Assembly (NCBI GenBank): GCA_963924565.1
Contig: OZ004612.1
Location: 26,040,001 to 26,104,000 of the forward strand
Direction: 5' to 3'
Length of the DNA stretch: 64,000 nucleotides
DNA from: Ascidiella aspersa
Taxonomy: Eukaryota
Program-made: the position numbers and the translations under genes
Shown: positions 25,028 to 38,322 of the stretch, in pieces
Position numbering within the stretch: position 1 is the stretch's first letter
How the letters are laid out: each line of letters begins with the position of its first letter
Notes under the pieces: model-generated
The model's database searches: none
Seen by the model: the letters and a program-made list of their open reading frames with translations, nothing else
What the model was told of the DNA's origin: nothing

Positions 25028-27050
25028 ATTCAGCAAAATAACGATATAAACGTGTAATAATAATATTATAAATCAACTAAAAATGTGTAACGTGTTGAAC
25101 TGCTAAAAGTAAAAGCCTATGTTATACAAAGATACATGTTTTAGTTGACACGCGAGTTGAGAAAATTGTGTGTCCTATTCAAGACTGATAATGCTTTTAG
25201 TTACAACAGAAATGTTTGCCAATTGAAGCCCTGTGTTCAATACTGAAGTAACATTGTGCGAAAGAAAGATTTCGTGAGGAATGAGTTGTGCAGTATATAG
25301 TCTATGCTCCCGTGCCGCAAGTGACCAGTAAAACTACAGTTTTTCCATATATCACCACCGAATTTAACTGAATGCGTCAATTTAACTAAAAAAGTGTTTT
25401 CAAGTATGAACATTTCGGTAGCAAAATTCTTCAGTTTTACACTTTTTGTTAGTTTATTTTTAATAAGCAAAAAAAAAATTAGGCTATATATGCTAGTAAG
25501 TTCCCTTTAGTACATCAATATCATCAATCTAAGAAGTATCTAACAAATCTCATTAACTTTTAGCAGCTTTACAAATCTTTAAAATCGATTGTGCTGTTTA
25601 AACTCCGCAGTCTTTATTTTAATTCGAACTCTAATCATATAGTTAAGGGTAAAATCAGACAACTGTTTAACTTTAGATTCTATTTTATACAACCGTATAC
25701 CAATAATAACTAAAACCGACCTTATTAGCACTGAACTACAAATTAAAAAGAACAACCGATTATGTTCAGCGCAATATATTAAACAAATTTGTGGCTCATA
25801 ATTAAGGAAGTGACTCAGTCCACAAGATTCGTTAACGGAAGTTGCGTTTACTGCTTGGGAGTGATTTGTGACACGAGAAATGATAAAAGAGAAATTTCAA
25901 GAAGGTCACACACATAAGTTGTGACGAATACAGGAAATACTGACCATTTATAGGAAAATACCTTTACGTGGCAAACTTAGCGTTTATAAAGTTAACTTTT
26001 CTAGATCTTGTAAAACAACCTTGGCCACTTGAAAAGACATATTTTTTCGTTTGACGATGTACGCCTATGGATCGGTGTTCTTTAACGCTTGTCTTTTTTT
26101 CGACGACAAAAGGTTGGCATACGTCAGGATTTTTCCTGGCATGTCGGAAAATTTGGTGTTGAAATGTGCGTCAGGGAAAACGCTAAAATTTTCTTACAAG
26201 CCCGTAATTTTCTGCAATAATTACACAATAAAACATAGAAAAAAATTCTTCAAAATTGTGTACGCTTTAATATTAGATTTCTGTTTACGAGAAGTAGCAC
26301 AATATTTGGTATTTGACTTGCCACGCCTTTCGATCGTTCGTTAAATTGCTATTCAATGTTACCTCACCCACCATGTTTTATTTGTTATAGTCATTTGGCT
26401 TACGTTCATGAAATCAATATCAAAGAAGATTGAGTAGTTGTTTGATGCGAAAAAGCAAACTGTTACCAACAGCTAATTGCGTTATTTACGAGCAAAGTGT
26501 ACAGTTGCATCCCATATTATTTAATAAACAGAAAAATCGTTTTCATATTTAAATAATTGCCGTTTTAGTAAATCTGAATCGCGTTTACTTTTGACCAGCA
26601 CACATACTGCATGGGCTACACATTTCAGCCCTAACATTTTCAAAGAATTCGTTTTTGTTGTTAGAGATCGGTTATAATATATTCTTAATATTTCAATATT
26701 TCAGCCAGATTATATTTATCTTTTTACATTTTTCAGGTGATGTAACGTCTCTTGCGAAAGACGGAAGATGTAGCTTGGTGCAATTTACGAAGTGATGTAC
26801 AATGAAAATTGGTTATATTACTGTTTATTGCAATAAAAACGGTAGTTACGTGCAAGTTGTTGTACTGTAATGTCTAAATAAAAACATTTGCTATACAAAT
26901 TGTGTTTTTTTTTTTTACATAAATCGTCTTAACATCAGTAACTCTCTATATTACTTTACATACGGTACTATATAGACTCTATATTATTGCACAAAGAATA
27001 TACAAATTAGTCCTAAATCAAAAATGTTTTCTGCTAACTCCTTATTGCTG

Positions 27051-27785
27051 CTAATCCGAGTTATTGAAAAGTTTTTTCGTTTCGGCTTCTGATGGTTGAA
27101 CACGTTTGTAAGTCAATTGACAGGAAGTATGGATTGGAGACAAGTTTAAATCGGGCTTCAATCCTGTCTCACTATCGATGTAATCTGCGTATTTCACCTC
27201 TCTCAGAACCTTGAAGCCTCCATGTTTTAAAGCCTTTTGCGAAAACGCTGAGCTGGCGATCGCCACCACATACTCACAGCCATTTTTACTGCCTTGAACG
27301 AAATCAAAATCGAGCATGGCCGAGATTATGCCTTTGGAACGGTACTCGGCTTTTACACACGCCATGGACCAATACATGTATCGATTGGTGTTTAAATCCT
27401 TGAATACATCACGTGACATGAATTCCGCAAATCTTGCGAGAAAAGGATTTCGTTCCCTAGCGGAGGCATGGTTAATGGCCGATTCACTGATATTCTCTGT
27501 TGTCTTCATAGCAAAGGCAATAAGTTGGCCGGTCTGTTTTTGGAAGGTCCCAAAACAGGCATTGGCCCTGACCATTTCTTCGGCTATCGCGAAGTCCACT
27601 CCTTCGATGTCTTGTTTGGAGAGCTTGAATATATGTCGTATCGGGTGCTGGTGACTGTAATAGCGGTCGATAATGTGTTTTACTTCGGGCAAATCACTTT
27701 CGTTCAACATTCGATATACAAAACCGGGTAAGATTTCCGTTCCTTGGGGTATGAGCTTATCTTTTTCCAAACTGGATTGTGCCAT
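27051..27785 (-). CDS. AANAT-like GNAT paralog
   Basis: Intact ORF; YSHQHPI, CVKAEYRSKGI, LSPIHTSCQL. Confidence 0.9.
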   Translation of the reverse strand: MAQSSLEKDKLIPQGTEILPGFVYRMLNESDLPEVKHIIDRYYSHQHPIRHIFKLSKQDIEGVDFAIAEEMVRANACFGTFQKQTGQLIAFAMKTTENISESAINHASARERNPFLARFAEFMSRDVFKDLNTNRYMYWSMACVKAEYRSKGIISAMLDFDFVQGSKNGCEYVVAIASSAFSQKALKHGGFKVLREVKYADYIDSETGLKPDLNLSPIHTSCQLTYKRVQPSEAETKKLFNNSD

Positions 27786-28003
27786 TGTTAAAACTATTAC
27801 GTTTTCAGTTGGACAACAGAACGAACCTGTAATACCTGCCAAAAGTATAAGAAAAATACGAAAGGTTTCTGTGAATACGCTTATTTAATGGGACTCTTTA
27901 TTTAAACCGATACTTTATCTTACTTCTGCTAAAACAGTTTGTCATTTTGAATGTCTATACTTTAATCAATCTTTAATCAATCTGCCATTTTTACTGCCTA
28001 TAG

Positions 28004-28451
28004 CAGGGATGGCCAACCAATTAGATACCAAGAGTCGTATTTGTTTCTTAAGAAACCGCAAAGAGCAACACCTTACACACGTGGAACGAAATGAATGTTC
28101 TATCACTCCATTTCTTACTCAATCCACAAAGCGATCGCACAAAGCGCGAAAAAAATGGCTTATTTCGTTAAAATTTCCTTTAGAAGGAGCCGCGACGCGT
28201 TGGATGAAAAAATACACATTTTTCGATATAATGTCATTTATCAATGTTAATTGGGCATTATTTTGTGCTTATCTTGTTTTAAAAGTATTGCGAAAAATAC
28301 GTTGGCCTTAAAGGCAAACAGTCTTTTTTTTAGTCGAAAGCGGTCCAAAACTTAACCAAACGAAATCGAAACATTCTAAAAAATCATAAGCGCAACATGA
28401 ACGTAAGAGCCGCATCTAACTGGGTGAAAAGCAGCGTGTTGGTCACCCCTG
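28004..28451. mobile_element. hAT MITE upstream of GNAT
   Basis: CAGGGATGGCCAAC...GTTGGTCACCCCTG; perfect 8-bp TSD gcctatag. Confidence 0.9.
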
Positions 28452-31400
28452 GCCTATAGACTACCTTAATCAATCTTGTTTAACGTTAGACAATCTCTTA
28501 TATACCATGGTATCATCAACTGTTATGGCAAGTACAACACGCAAATAAATGCTTGTCTGTTACCAAAGGAAATGTCAATCATGTTAATGCGTATGATTGG
28601 CGAAATTACTTATATTTAGTTTTGCGACACAAGTTATAAAGAAACAAAAATTCCCGAAGCGTGCAATCATGTCGTCATCTCAATTAAATACACAGCAAGT
28701 CAGCAAATACAACGGACTTTTAAAAGGGAATATACCTCAATAACATAAAACAAAACTACAGCGCCCCACACAAGTAGGACAACCTTATATACTGTGGCAT
28801 TTTGAAGGCCTATTCACTACAAATCTTCTTGCGTACGAATGTTTTCATACGGGCAACAAATTGGTCGGGTTTTTCAAAATGAACTTTTTTCCCAGAAATC
28901 ATTGCGCGACGTGCATTTTCCTAAACCAAAATAAGATATCAGATTACCACGAATTTCGGTAAAAAAAATGAGATAGTGTATCGACACACGTTCGACTACG
29001 AAATTAATTTGAACTAGTTGCGCGTTCCACTCAGACAAGACGGATTTACAAAGTTCCAAGAAAAAAATTAAAATGCCATATGGGTAAATGCCATATGTGA
29101 TTTTTCGTGTATCACATATACGTCATGGTAACTTCTGTTTAACCGCGCGTTCTGTTCGACGCTAAGCGAGTGACAACATTTCTTTGAAATTTTGAAGTTA
29201 ATTTAAAGAGTATATATCATAAAACAATTTTAAATTTCGACCAAAAAATCCCCAAAACTCTATACAAAAATACATATTAGTCGTATACGAAAGTAAGCAA
29301 CATTAACAAGATAAAATTTCTTGGCGATTAAAGCTTTCTAGAATTCACAAATCCATATAATTGCAGACTTGCGGTATCGAGTCGAACTTAATACTTTACG
29401 TGAATTTTGTCCAAAAGTATTGGAAGATAATTATTGAGCAACCAAGACCGACAATTTTGGTGCACTAATTTCGAAAACAATGAACTTAGTTTTTTCCACG
29501 TAGGTTCTAACAAAATATTTAAGAAAACTAACAAGTGTTTTATACGTTGTTATATATTAGCAGCCTCCAAAAATAACGCTTAAACCTTATCACGGTGCCT
29601 GTTTCCTTCTTAACCTGGTTTTACTTAGTTAGCAAGTTCTCCATACACTTTTCCATCAAAATTTAACACAGATTAAACCTTACGTTGTGGTATTCACAAC
29701 CTAACGACCAACTGACAGACCTTTATATTTTTATTAGGTTAAAAATGTGCAACGGTTTAATGATCCCCTTTTTCTTGTCATTTTAATACGAATTCGTGTA
29801 AATTTGCTGCACGTTTTGAGCGTTTTTTGACTCTTCGTGTCCTACTAACCTAAACTCGTGGACTTTTGCCGCTTACGCGCAATCGAATAACAATTGTGCC
29901 CAGAAGAAATGGCATTAAATAACCCTCAATTACCTCTGTTGAATTTTCCAACTTAAAGACTTCTTCCATTTCCTGCCTTTTTTTACTAAGAGCCTTCGTA
30001 ACACGAAAGTAGTGCCTTTAAATTCTGTTTCGAGCTTGCACAAAATTGTTTAAGGCCTAGCAAATGTCGTCAGGGTAGCTTCTATTCTAAACTGAATTTT
30101 AACTTAAACTCTTTACAAGTCACTTGCTCTTTACAATCTGACTGTATAAATAATAAAGATGCGTCAGGCCTATAATGGTTTAATTGACTATTTGACAAAC
30201 TCTATATTTTATGGCCTGAATATATGTGCCGTAAGGCCCCTATTTTTCGCCAGTGGTAAAGGCCAGATGCTGACATAAGGTAGTAAGTCAACAGGTATTA
30301 TAGCTGGACATATCTTTTTAAGTCAGCGGTTCTCAACCTTTTTTTCACCGCGTACCATCTCGAGGTTCTATGATCTTGTTGCGTACCAACAAATTATCGA
30401 AAAACTCAACTTTACTGAAAATGTATATAGGATTATTAACAGGGGTGGATTAGCTAATTAGTTAGTCCGGAAATTTCGAAACAAATGCGGCCCACTAATC
30501 TTGAAAAAGTTTCCCTTTTTGCAAGATACCGGTAGTCAAGTTTTGTGATTCTTTGTTGTTTTTCTATGTCATAAAATAAATTTGCATAGATGTTCCGGAA
30601 AGATAATAATTCCTATCATTGATGAAGCATAAAAGATTTAACTATACAATCATAACGATGAATGTATAGTTTTATTACAATAGAAAAAAATGCTAAACTT
30701 TTTCGTAAAACTGCAATTTTATTTAAAAACATACTGCGTACCACCCAAAATGACTTCGCGTACCACAGATTGCTTTAAGTCAATGCCTAACGAGGCACTT
30801 GACTTAGGCGCAAATAAAACTTAGGATGGCCCAAGATTGGCGAAACATTGGAAATAGGACGAGAATAGAACACTCTTTTAGCCGTGCCGAAGTTAAAATT
30901 TGTCCATTAGCTGTTTGGCTGCACTAAAATCGTCGTAGGCCTATTAGTTAACAAGGGCAATGAAATTATAACGCCTTTATCTCCCTAAAATTTTATAGTT
31001 TGTGAAGATGTTTTGTATGGTACAACAGTCAGATTCTCGCAAAAGCGATAAATGTGTTTAAAGGCAAAATTATATGTTGCCATTATCTCCCTAAACTTTT
31101 TAGTTTTGTTAAAGAGTTAAATGGTGTAAAATACAGATTTTTGCAAAATCCACAAATGGATTATAAACTTACATTGCAGCTAGATATATTTTATTTTTTT
31201 GGAACCGAAACAACTATAGTAGTGCAAATTTACAAAGAAAACTACAGTTGTTTGTTTCAGGATGCAGCGAAAGATGTGGTATGGTACATCGAGCCAACTT
31301 GCACGCAGAACTTTTTGCTGAAAAGGTGTTCTCAAGTCGTGTCAGCATTTAAAAACTTGCTTAACGGTTAACATTGCCAGTATATAGAAGTACGTTTTTG

Positions 31401-31506
31401 TAAATGTGGTAACAGGCGACCAATCGTTATGGCGGAAACTCACAGCAACGACTTTCGTGTAAAACGTGTTTTAAAAACGTTTTGAAAGCTCTTTTGTCTC
31501 GACTGC

Positions 31507-32201
31507 CTATGGTTGAATATGTTTGTAAGCCAGCTGACATGAAGTGTGAATTGGTGAAAGTTTCAAATTGGGCTTCATTTCAGTTTCGGGGTCGACGTAG
31601 TCGGCATATATCACTTCCCTTACCACTTTAAAACCCAAACGTTTCAAAACTTTTTGTGAGTAGGTTTTGAACTGGCCACAATCACGAAATAATTCCCGCC
31701 TTCATTTCTGGTTTGCTGCATTTCGAAATCGATCATCGCGGTGATTATACCTTTGGAACGGTATTCCTCTTTTACACAAGCCATGGATAACAAGAAATAT
31801 CGGCTGGCGTTTAAGTCAGCAAATACATCCATTGTCAAAACTTTCAAAAATCTCGTCACTGCGGCCTTTCGCTTTCTGGCAGCATGTATGGTGTCACCAT
31901 TATTTTTCTCATGTCTTGTCTTCATGCCACAAGCAACTAGTTCGCCGTTTTGCAAGTCAAAAGTTCCATGACAAGAGTTGTCGATCAGCATTTCTTCAAC
32001 TGCCGCGAGGTCTTCGGCTTCTGTTTCTTCAATAGGTAGCCTGAATGTTTGATTTAAAGGGTGCTGGTTACTGTAATTGCTGGTGAACAGACTTTTAATT
32101 GCGGGCAAATCCGTTTCGTTCAGCTTTCTGTATAGCATTCCAGGTAATATTTCTACACCTTCAGGAAGACTTCTAACTTTCCACATATTTGGTTTTGTCA
32201 T
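31507..32201 (-). pseudogene. AANAT-like GNAT with one frameshift at ~31667
   Basis: After VASS the family frame resumes shifted: TYSQKVLKRLGFKVVREVIYADYVDPETEMKPNLKLSPIHTSCQLAYKHIQP-stop (31507); lesion lies in an A4 run. Confidence 0.85.
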
Positions 32202-32896
32202 TGTTAAGATCAAGTTGATTTTTAACTATAAAAACAAAATGCTCACATTATTCTGTTACTCTAACAAAATATGGCAGCAGTTATATTAGCCTTGTTGTGT
32301 AAAATATAGTTAATGGTAATCAAAGTCGGTTTTACAATTGGTTCAATTTATGAATGTGTATATAGAAAAACAAATCGTATTTTTTCGCAGCATGACAAAA
32401 CATATTACGCTTGGGGGTGACAGCTCGAAATACGTTATCAATAATTTTCTACAAAATTTGCAAACGTATAATTAATAAAGTCGCAACTTATAGTTAACCA
32501 AGGTTAAAAGAAGAATCTAGTTTTCCTGTTACTAAACTTTTATTTGAGATTGTGCTTGGCCCCGTTATTTTGTAATTTCAGTGCAAATGACCAAAACATT
32601 TCTGAAATTGATGAAGCCAAAATGGTTCAACAAACCTTTCAAAAATCACAACAAATGTACACTGGCAGCGAATTGGTGTAAGGTGAAAGCAGGGTTTAAA
32701 TAAAATGATTTTCTGACCGAAAAGCATGGAAACTTAAAAATTAACGCCACAAAGTTGTATTATAACTAGACGTCGCAAACTAGTAACCTTAAGAAACCTG
32801 AAGTTATCGCTAAAAGTCTGCAAAAATATGCAAATGAAAACCCTAAAACCCAACCTATATAGTTATAATACACCAAGAAGATGTTGGCCTGGCCTG

Positions 32897-33111
32897 TAAA
32901 AAAGACCCGGACTGGTAAAAAGTAAAAGCTCCGGACTGGTAAAAAGTAAAAAAGACCCGGGCTGGTAAAAAGTAAAAGCTCCGGACTGGTAAAAAGTAAA
33001 AGCTCCGGACTGGTAAAAAGTAAAAAAGACCCGGACTGGTAAAAAGTAAAAGCTCCGGACTGGTAAAAAGTAAAAGCTCCGGACTGGTAAAAAGTAAAAA
33101 AGACCCGGACT
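32897..33111. repeat. Minisatellite with two unit variants (~23 and ~26 bp), ~9 copies
   Basis: AAAAGTAAAAGCTCCGGACTGGT and AAAAAGTAAAAAAGACCCGGACTGGT in a long-short(-short) pattern. Confidence 0.95.
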
Positions 33112-33303
33112 GTTTTCTAACGATGCCATGCACCTAATGTAAATTACTCAACTCACTGCCACCGGTAGAAGGTCTGCACCGTTCGATGCACTTTCTTTTA
33201 TCTTAGAAATCGCAAATCGTGCGCCTTATTTTCACATCTATGCCACAGTTGTCACAATTTGTCACATTTGTGTGCATCAATCTTTTTTAAACTGTTGTTG
33301 CAT

Positions 33304-33876
33304 ATTCATTCGCATTTTGCAAAAAGGCAACGCCGTTGGTTCTCAAACTTAAATGCCTATAGCGGCCTTTAATTCAATGGGCTCTCAACAGGCGCGGATT
33401 TAGATTTTGGTTTGGGGGCATGATGTTTTTTTAGATGTGACGCTACAGAGTTACGTCATAACGTGACGTCACTTAGTTTTGTCATACCGTGACGCAGCAA
33501 GGTTAAGTCAAGATTTTACGTCACAAAGATACATCTAAGCGTGACGGTATAAAAATGTATAACCGCATGAACTCAACGCAATTCGTTTATTTCGTTAAAT
33601 TTTAGATTAGACAGGTGTTTTGCTTAGCTATGATATGCAAAAATACAGTTTGAGGGCCTTGGACCGCTTTGGTTCCACCCCTGGTTCTCAACATCTTGTT
33701 TTCCCTGTTCACGCTTTAGAGCAAAACGTCCTGAAGAAGGCCTATGAAGTTTAAACCAAAGTAACAAATTTGATTTTAACTTTGAAACACAATACACGGT
33801 TTATTTTAGTAATTTCAATAAAAATATCTAAGCCAAAATGTTCAATGAAATCGACATTTCGCAATTTACAGACGTT
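33304..33876. repeat. Diverged direct repeat of 36614-37135; contains hAT MITE 33389-33683
   Basis: Shared anchors TTCATTCGCATTTTGCAAAAAGG, TTAGATTAGACAGGTGTTTTGC, TTTACAGACGTTTCA; MITE TSD gctctcaa/gttctcaa. Confidence 0.8.
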
Positions 33877-34155
33877 TCACAAATAACTCATGCCATGTTT
33901 TATAACGCAGTGCTGCTGTACCAGGATACAGCAGCTGGCGTCATTATAGCAGTATAGGTTACAACATAATAGGCTGCGGCGAGGGTATAGCATTTATTGC
34001 CAAGTGGTTGTTAATGGGGAAATGGGTGCAGTGCAGTCGACACTTGGGTTAAAAGCAGTAAATCTATAAACGATTGACAAATTTAACTGAATTGCGTTGC
34101 ACATATATATTTTTAGCTTCTGATAAGGCTAAATCTGTAAATCTGACAAGTTAAA

Positions 34156-35345
34156 ATGAGCAAGCATAAAAATGTTTTTCGTGACGATTACGAGAGGTGG
34201 AATTCAAAAGTATTAAACGAAGCTTGAGTGTTTCGCACCCTGCAATATCTGCAAATGCGACATTAACCCGGAGTTCATAGCAATAACCGCTATTTCAACA
34301 CACATTGATACCCAAAACACAAGAAGTGTTTCATAATGATTAATTCAAACCAGTCAATGAATAAGTTATTCACAAGTCGACCAGCACAAACGACCACAGA
34401 CTACAAGGCAGCTGCTGCTGAGGGTACCTGGGCATTCCATACTGTTAAAAACTAGCAATCATTCCTCACCAACGATTGCACATCGCTACTGTCCAAAACA
34501 ATATTCCCCGATTCCAATATCGCAAAAAAAGATGGCCTACGCCAGGACCAAGATTCCAAGCGTCGTACTGGAGTCATTGCTCTATACTTAAAAAAAATAT
34601 TTTGTCTGATCTTGGTGTACAGTCCTTCTTCATCTCGGCTGACGCCTCTAATCGCAACTAGGTGAAGCTATTTCCTCTAGACCAGGGGTTCTTAAACTTT
34701 TTTACCGCCAACCCCCTCAAATTCAAAAAGGACATCATAAATACACGCCACAATACAAAAGAACTTCGTAAAGTTTTTTAAAAAACATGTAAAGTGAACT
34801 ATTTTCTTTAAAAGGTTGATTACTTCTTAAGCTTAATGATAACCTTGAAACTAGTTCACAAACCCCAAAGGGGTCCATGGCCCTCAATTTAAGAACTCGT
34901 GCTCTAGTTATAAGATTCTTCAGTCAAGTTGATGCGAGTATGTCTTCTTGACTTGCGATCTATGTCAGGCGGGACATCGGCACACACCATAAACTTTATT
35001 ATCTCCTCTATGAAAGAGATTGTTCTAAAAATAGAACAGCTAACATCCTTTTGTGTAGATAATACACCAGTAAATTTTGAATCAGAGCATAGTTTTAGGT
35101 ATTAAAGCAACGTCTTCGTCTTAAAAGAGCAAACATTACATCTGTTACCAGTCGGCTGCCCTGATCATATTTTGCATAACGCAGTTAAATAAGGGATCAG
35201 AGCACCCCACACTATAGACGCACGAACAATCATACTGAAAATTGGTAGCCGCCAAAACCTAAACTGGTATAGATAAGGCTCAAGCATTTTTGTGACAAAC
35301 TTGATACCAACTACTCGACTCTACCTACTCACACGCGCACTCGAT
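34156..35345 (+). mobile_element. Decayed hAT transposase with nested MITE (34683-34901)
   Basis: Fragments CNICKCDI..THIDTQKHKK (BED-like), AAEGTWAFHTVK, FPDSNIAKK..ARTK, ISADASN, SFCVDNTPVNF, GCPDHILHNA (CxxH); multiple stops and frameshifts. Confidence 0.8.
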
Positions 35346-35359
35346 ATAGCACACTTAAT

Positions 35360-35585
35360 GCTGTACTCGGGCGAGTGGCCAAAACGCATTTTATTTCGCT
35401 CTTGCAGTAACTGGGCTACAACGTTTACGACTACATGGACCTTTGCAACAATCATGGTGCCAGGTGGGAGCGGATTTTTGAGAGTGGTGGAAGTACAGAA
35501 GATTTCTGTGGAATGTTCTCGACTGTCGATGCAGTTACCAACGTGCCGGTTTGCGTGTTTTGGTCCACGAAGCCTTCGCTGAACA
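35360..35585 (+). pseudogene. Fragment of Sulfotransfer_4-like P-loop gene
   Basis: LGYNVYDYMDL...WERIFESGGSTEDFCGMFSTVDAVTNVPVCVFW then frameshifted HEAF; resembles family pattern LGYxVYD...DAVTDxP..FWEE..KAFP. Confidence 0.55.
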
Positions 35586-37176
35586 TAAGGAAATGCGAAG
35601 GTCAACAGGATTTTTAGCAGTTAAAAATGTTGGACTGCGAAAACTATACATCAGGGTTTTAGGTCCAAATATGAATGCTAGTTAGCTTCAGGCGCGGATC
35701 GAAAAATTTCGTTTGGGGTTGTTGAAATTTTTTTAGTGACAATATTGCTCAGTTGCGTCAAAATGGTACGTTATCAACAAGATACGTCAACATGTGACGT
35801 CACAAAATAACATCTAAACATGAAGACATAAAAGTAAACCTTAAAAACGTCACACAATTTAAATATTTTTTAGGTTAGAGAGGCTTTACTTTTAAAACAA
35901 AAGCTATACATTAGAAAAATGATATCGAGACGCAAGAAGCGCTAAACGCTTTCACATCGTTTAAGCTCAAACATTTTTTTCGTGAGTACGATGGGCAATG
36001 TTTTAATGAATTAACTTAATGACTAAACTAAACGATTATATTGCTACATGTTGTGTTTGTTATTTTTTGAACGAAGTCTCTCCAGTATTGTAAACATGAC
36101 ACTTTGAAAAGACTGAAGTCTCAGTCAAGTAATTTAAAATATACCAGGCCAAGTCCCAGTCAAATTCATCAGTTGCCAAAATAAAGTCCTAGTCAAGCCC
36201 TTGTTTAACTACGTTAACGTAAGTTAATCACTAATACAAAAATGATACAATAAAGTAATGTAGCGTCACGCTCATACCCATGTGCGTAAGTTCGTTTTTC
36301 CGATTTTTCTGATTTTTTGCTGAAGGAAAAAGTGCCTAGGTAAATTTTAGTTCATTTCGCATGCACATGTATGAGCGTGACGATATCGTAAACTCGTCCG
36401 ATTATGACTAAATAATAAGCACAAAATATAACAAGCAAATTGTTTTAATACTTTGTTTTATAAAAATATTTCACGTCCACCCAGATGATTTGACTCAATG
36501 ACTCAAGTCCTATATTCAAGCCATTTGAAACAGAGAAAGTGTATCACAGAACCAAACCAGCTATTAAGTAAACATACCACGCGACAGCTAAGTGTTGTAA
36601 TCTTGTAGCACCTTCATTCGCATTTTGCAAAAAGGCCAGGTTGGTGGTTCTCGACTCTTTAATGCCTATAGCGGTCTTCTCTTCCATGGGCGGATCTCGG
36701 AATTTTGTTTGGGGGTTAGACATGACATACTTTAGAAATGACGTTACAAACTTACGTCATAATTTGACGTAACAGAATTATGTTCCACCGTGGCGTCACA
36801 ACGTTACATCTAAGAGTGAACTGAACGCAGTTCGTTTATTGAGTTTTAGATTAGACAGGTGTTTTGCTTTGCCTATTATATAGGCAAAAATACAGTTTGA
36901 GGGCCTTGGACTCCTTGGTTTCGCCCCTGGATCTTAACATCTTGTTGCCCTATGTTCACGTTTTAGGACAAAACGTCAAGGAACGTCCCAAAGTAGGCCT
37001 ATGAAGATTAAATAAAAGAATAAAATTTGATTTTAACTTTGAAACACAATACACGTTGTTTTTAGTAATTTTAATAAAAATATCAAAGCCATAATGTTCG
37101 ACAGAATCGACATGTCGCAATTTACAGACGTTTCAGCAATAACTCCATGTTTAATAGCTTTTATCTTCACTTGATT

Positions 37177-37220
37177 TTTACACTGACGATGGCATGAGGC
37201 TTTGCTAAAACGTCTGTAAA
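37177..37220 (+). ncRNA. Degenerate minimal type I hammerhead within an inverted repeat (Penelope-like remnant)
   Basis: TTTACA-CTGACGA-T-GGCA..TGCT-AAAA-CG-TC-TGTAAA: perfect 6-bp stem I, GAAA mutated to AAAA; the inverted arm at 37121-37138 retains GAAAC. Confidence 0.55.
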
Positions 37221-38322
37221 GTGCGAAATGTTGATTTTATCGAATATTATGGCTTTGACATTTTTATTGGTTTTAACTTCCAATAATACTTTAGAAAGTA
37301 TATGCTTGAGGCCACCTGAAAACCGCTATGTGAACCCCAAGGGAGCCGGTCCATACTGTCATGGTATACCATAAATATATAAGTGACGAATATGCTTTGC
37401 CCCCCAAAAGCGGATATTAGTAAACTGTATTGCAATTAAAACCACCAACGGTTTCTGGGTGTTGGGTTGACCCCAGTTTAATGACTACTGTCCTATGGCA
37501 TTATAGAACATCGTGTCGGACAAATAGTTGTATTTAAGCAGACTTTATTTAGGTTTGAGCACTCGACCTGTTTTGCTCATAATTTGCATACAATTTATGC
37601 TGTCCCATTAAATTCTGTATAAAAAATAACGAAATATAGCTATAAAAAAGTCAGTATAAATATTGTTAGGGAAATTTTAACCACCATTTGGCGTTTTAAA
37701 TAGTCTAAATTACTTTTAAGTTAACTAAAAAAAAAATAAAAAAAATAGCACATCACCTAAAATGGTAATGAAAATATGCCTGTAAAAAATCCCATGTTTT
37801 CGTATTAGCATAGTTATTATGGTTTCGTTTATGTTGGTATGCTCTTCTGGTAATTCAACAATGGTTTGAAGTACAAATTCTCAACACAAATGTGGCGCTT
37901 CTTGTAGCCTGCTGTTAACTATAGAGATTTATTATTAACAGTTTTCCATGTCGTGTTTTATAGTGTTCTCTGAACAAAATACTAATAACAAACAGGAAAC
38001 TCTTATAATATAAGTTTTATAATTTTATAAGTTTTGTTGTTGTAAGTTTTACAATTTTATAATACAGTTAACAAAATCGATAGTGAGTAACACATCTGTA
38101 TCAACGTCAGTGTTTCACGTTGGATATTTTCCAGAAATAATTACCTTTATTATAAATGCTAAAACAAGTTAAGGCGGCCAACAATGTAATCATGATTCGA
38201 TAACAAACGCCTAAAATCGTTTTATGTTTATATAAAAAACGGCGTTTTTTTTAAATTTAGGTTCGGTTTACAAAACTCAAAACATCTTCAATATCTACAC
38301 GCCTTATAAAAGTTTTTCTGTT

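Noticed and set aside
32855-33133. Repetitive ORFs (LLLFTSPE / FYFLPVRS)
   Set aside because: Translation of a minisatellite
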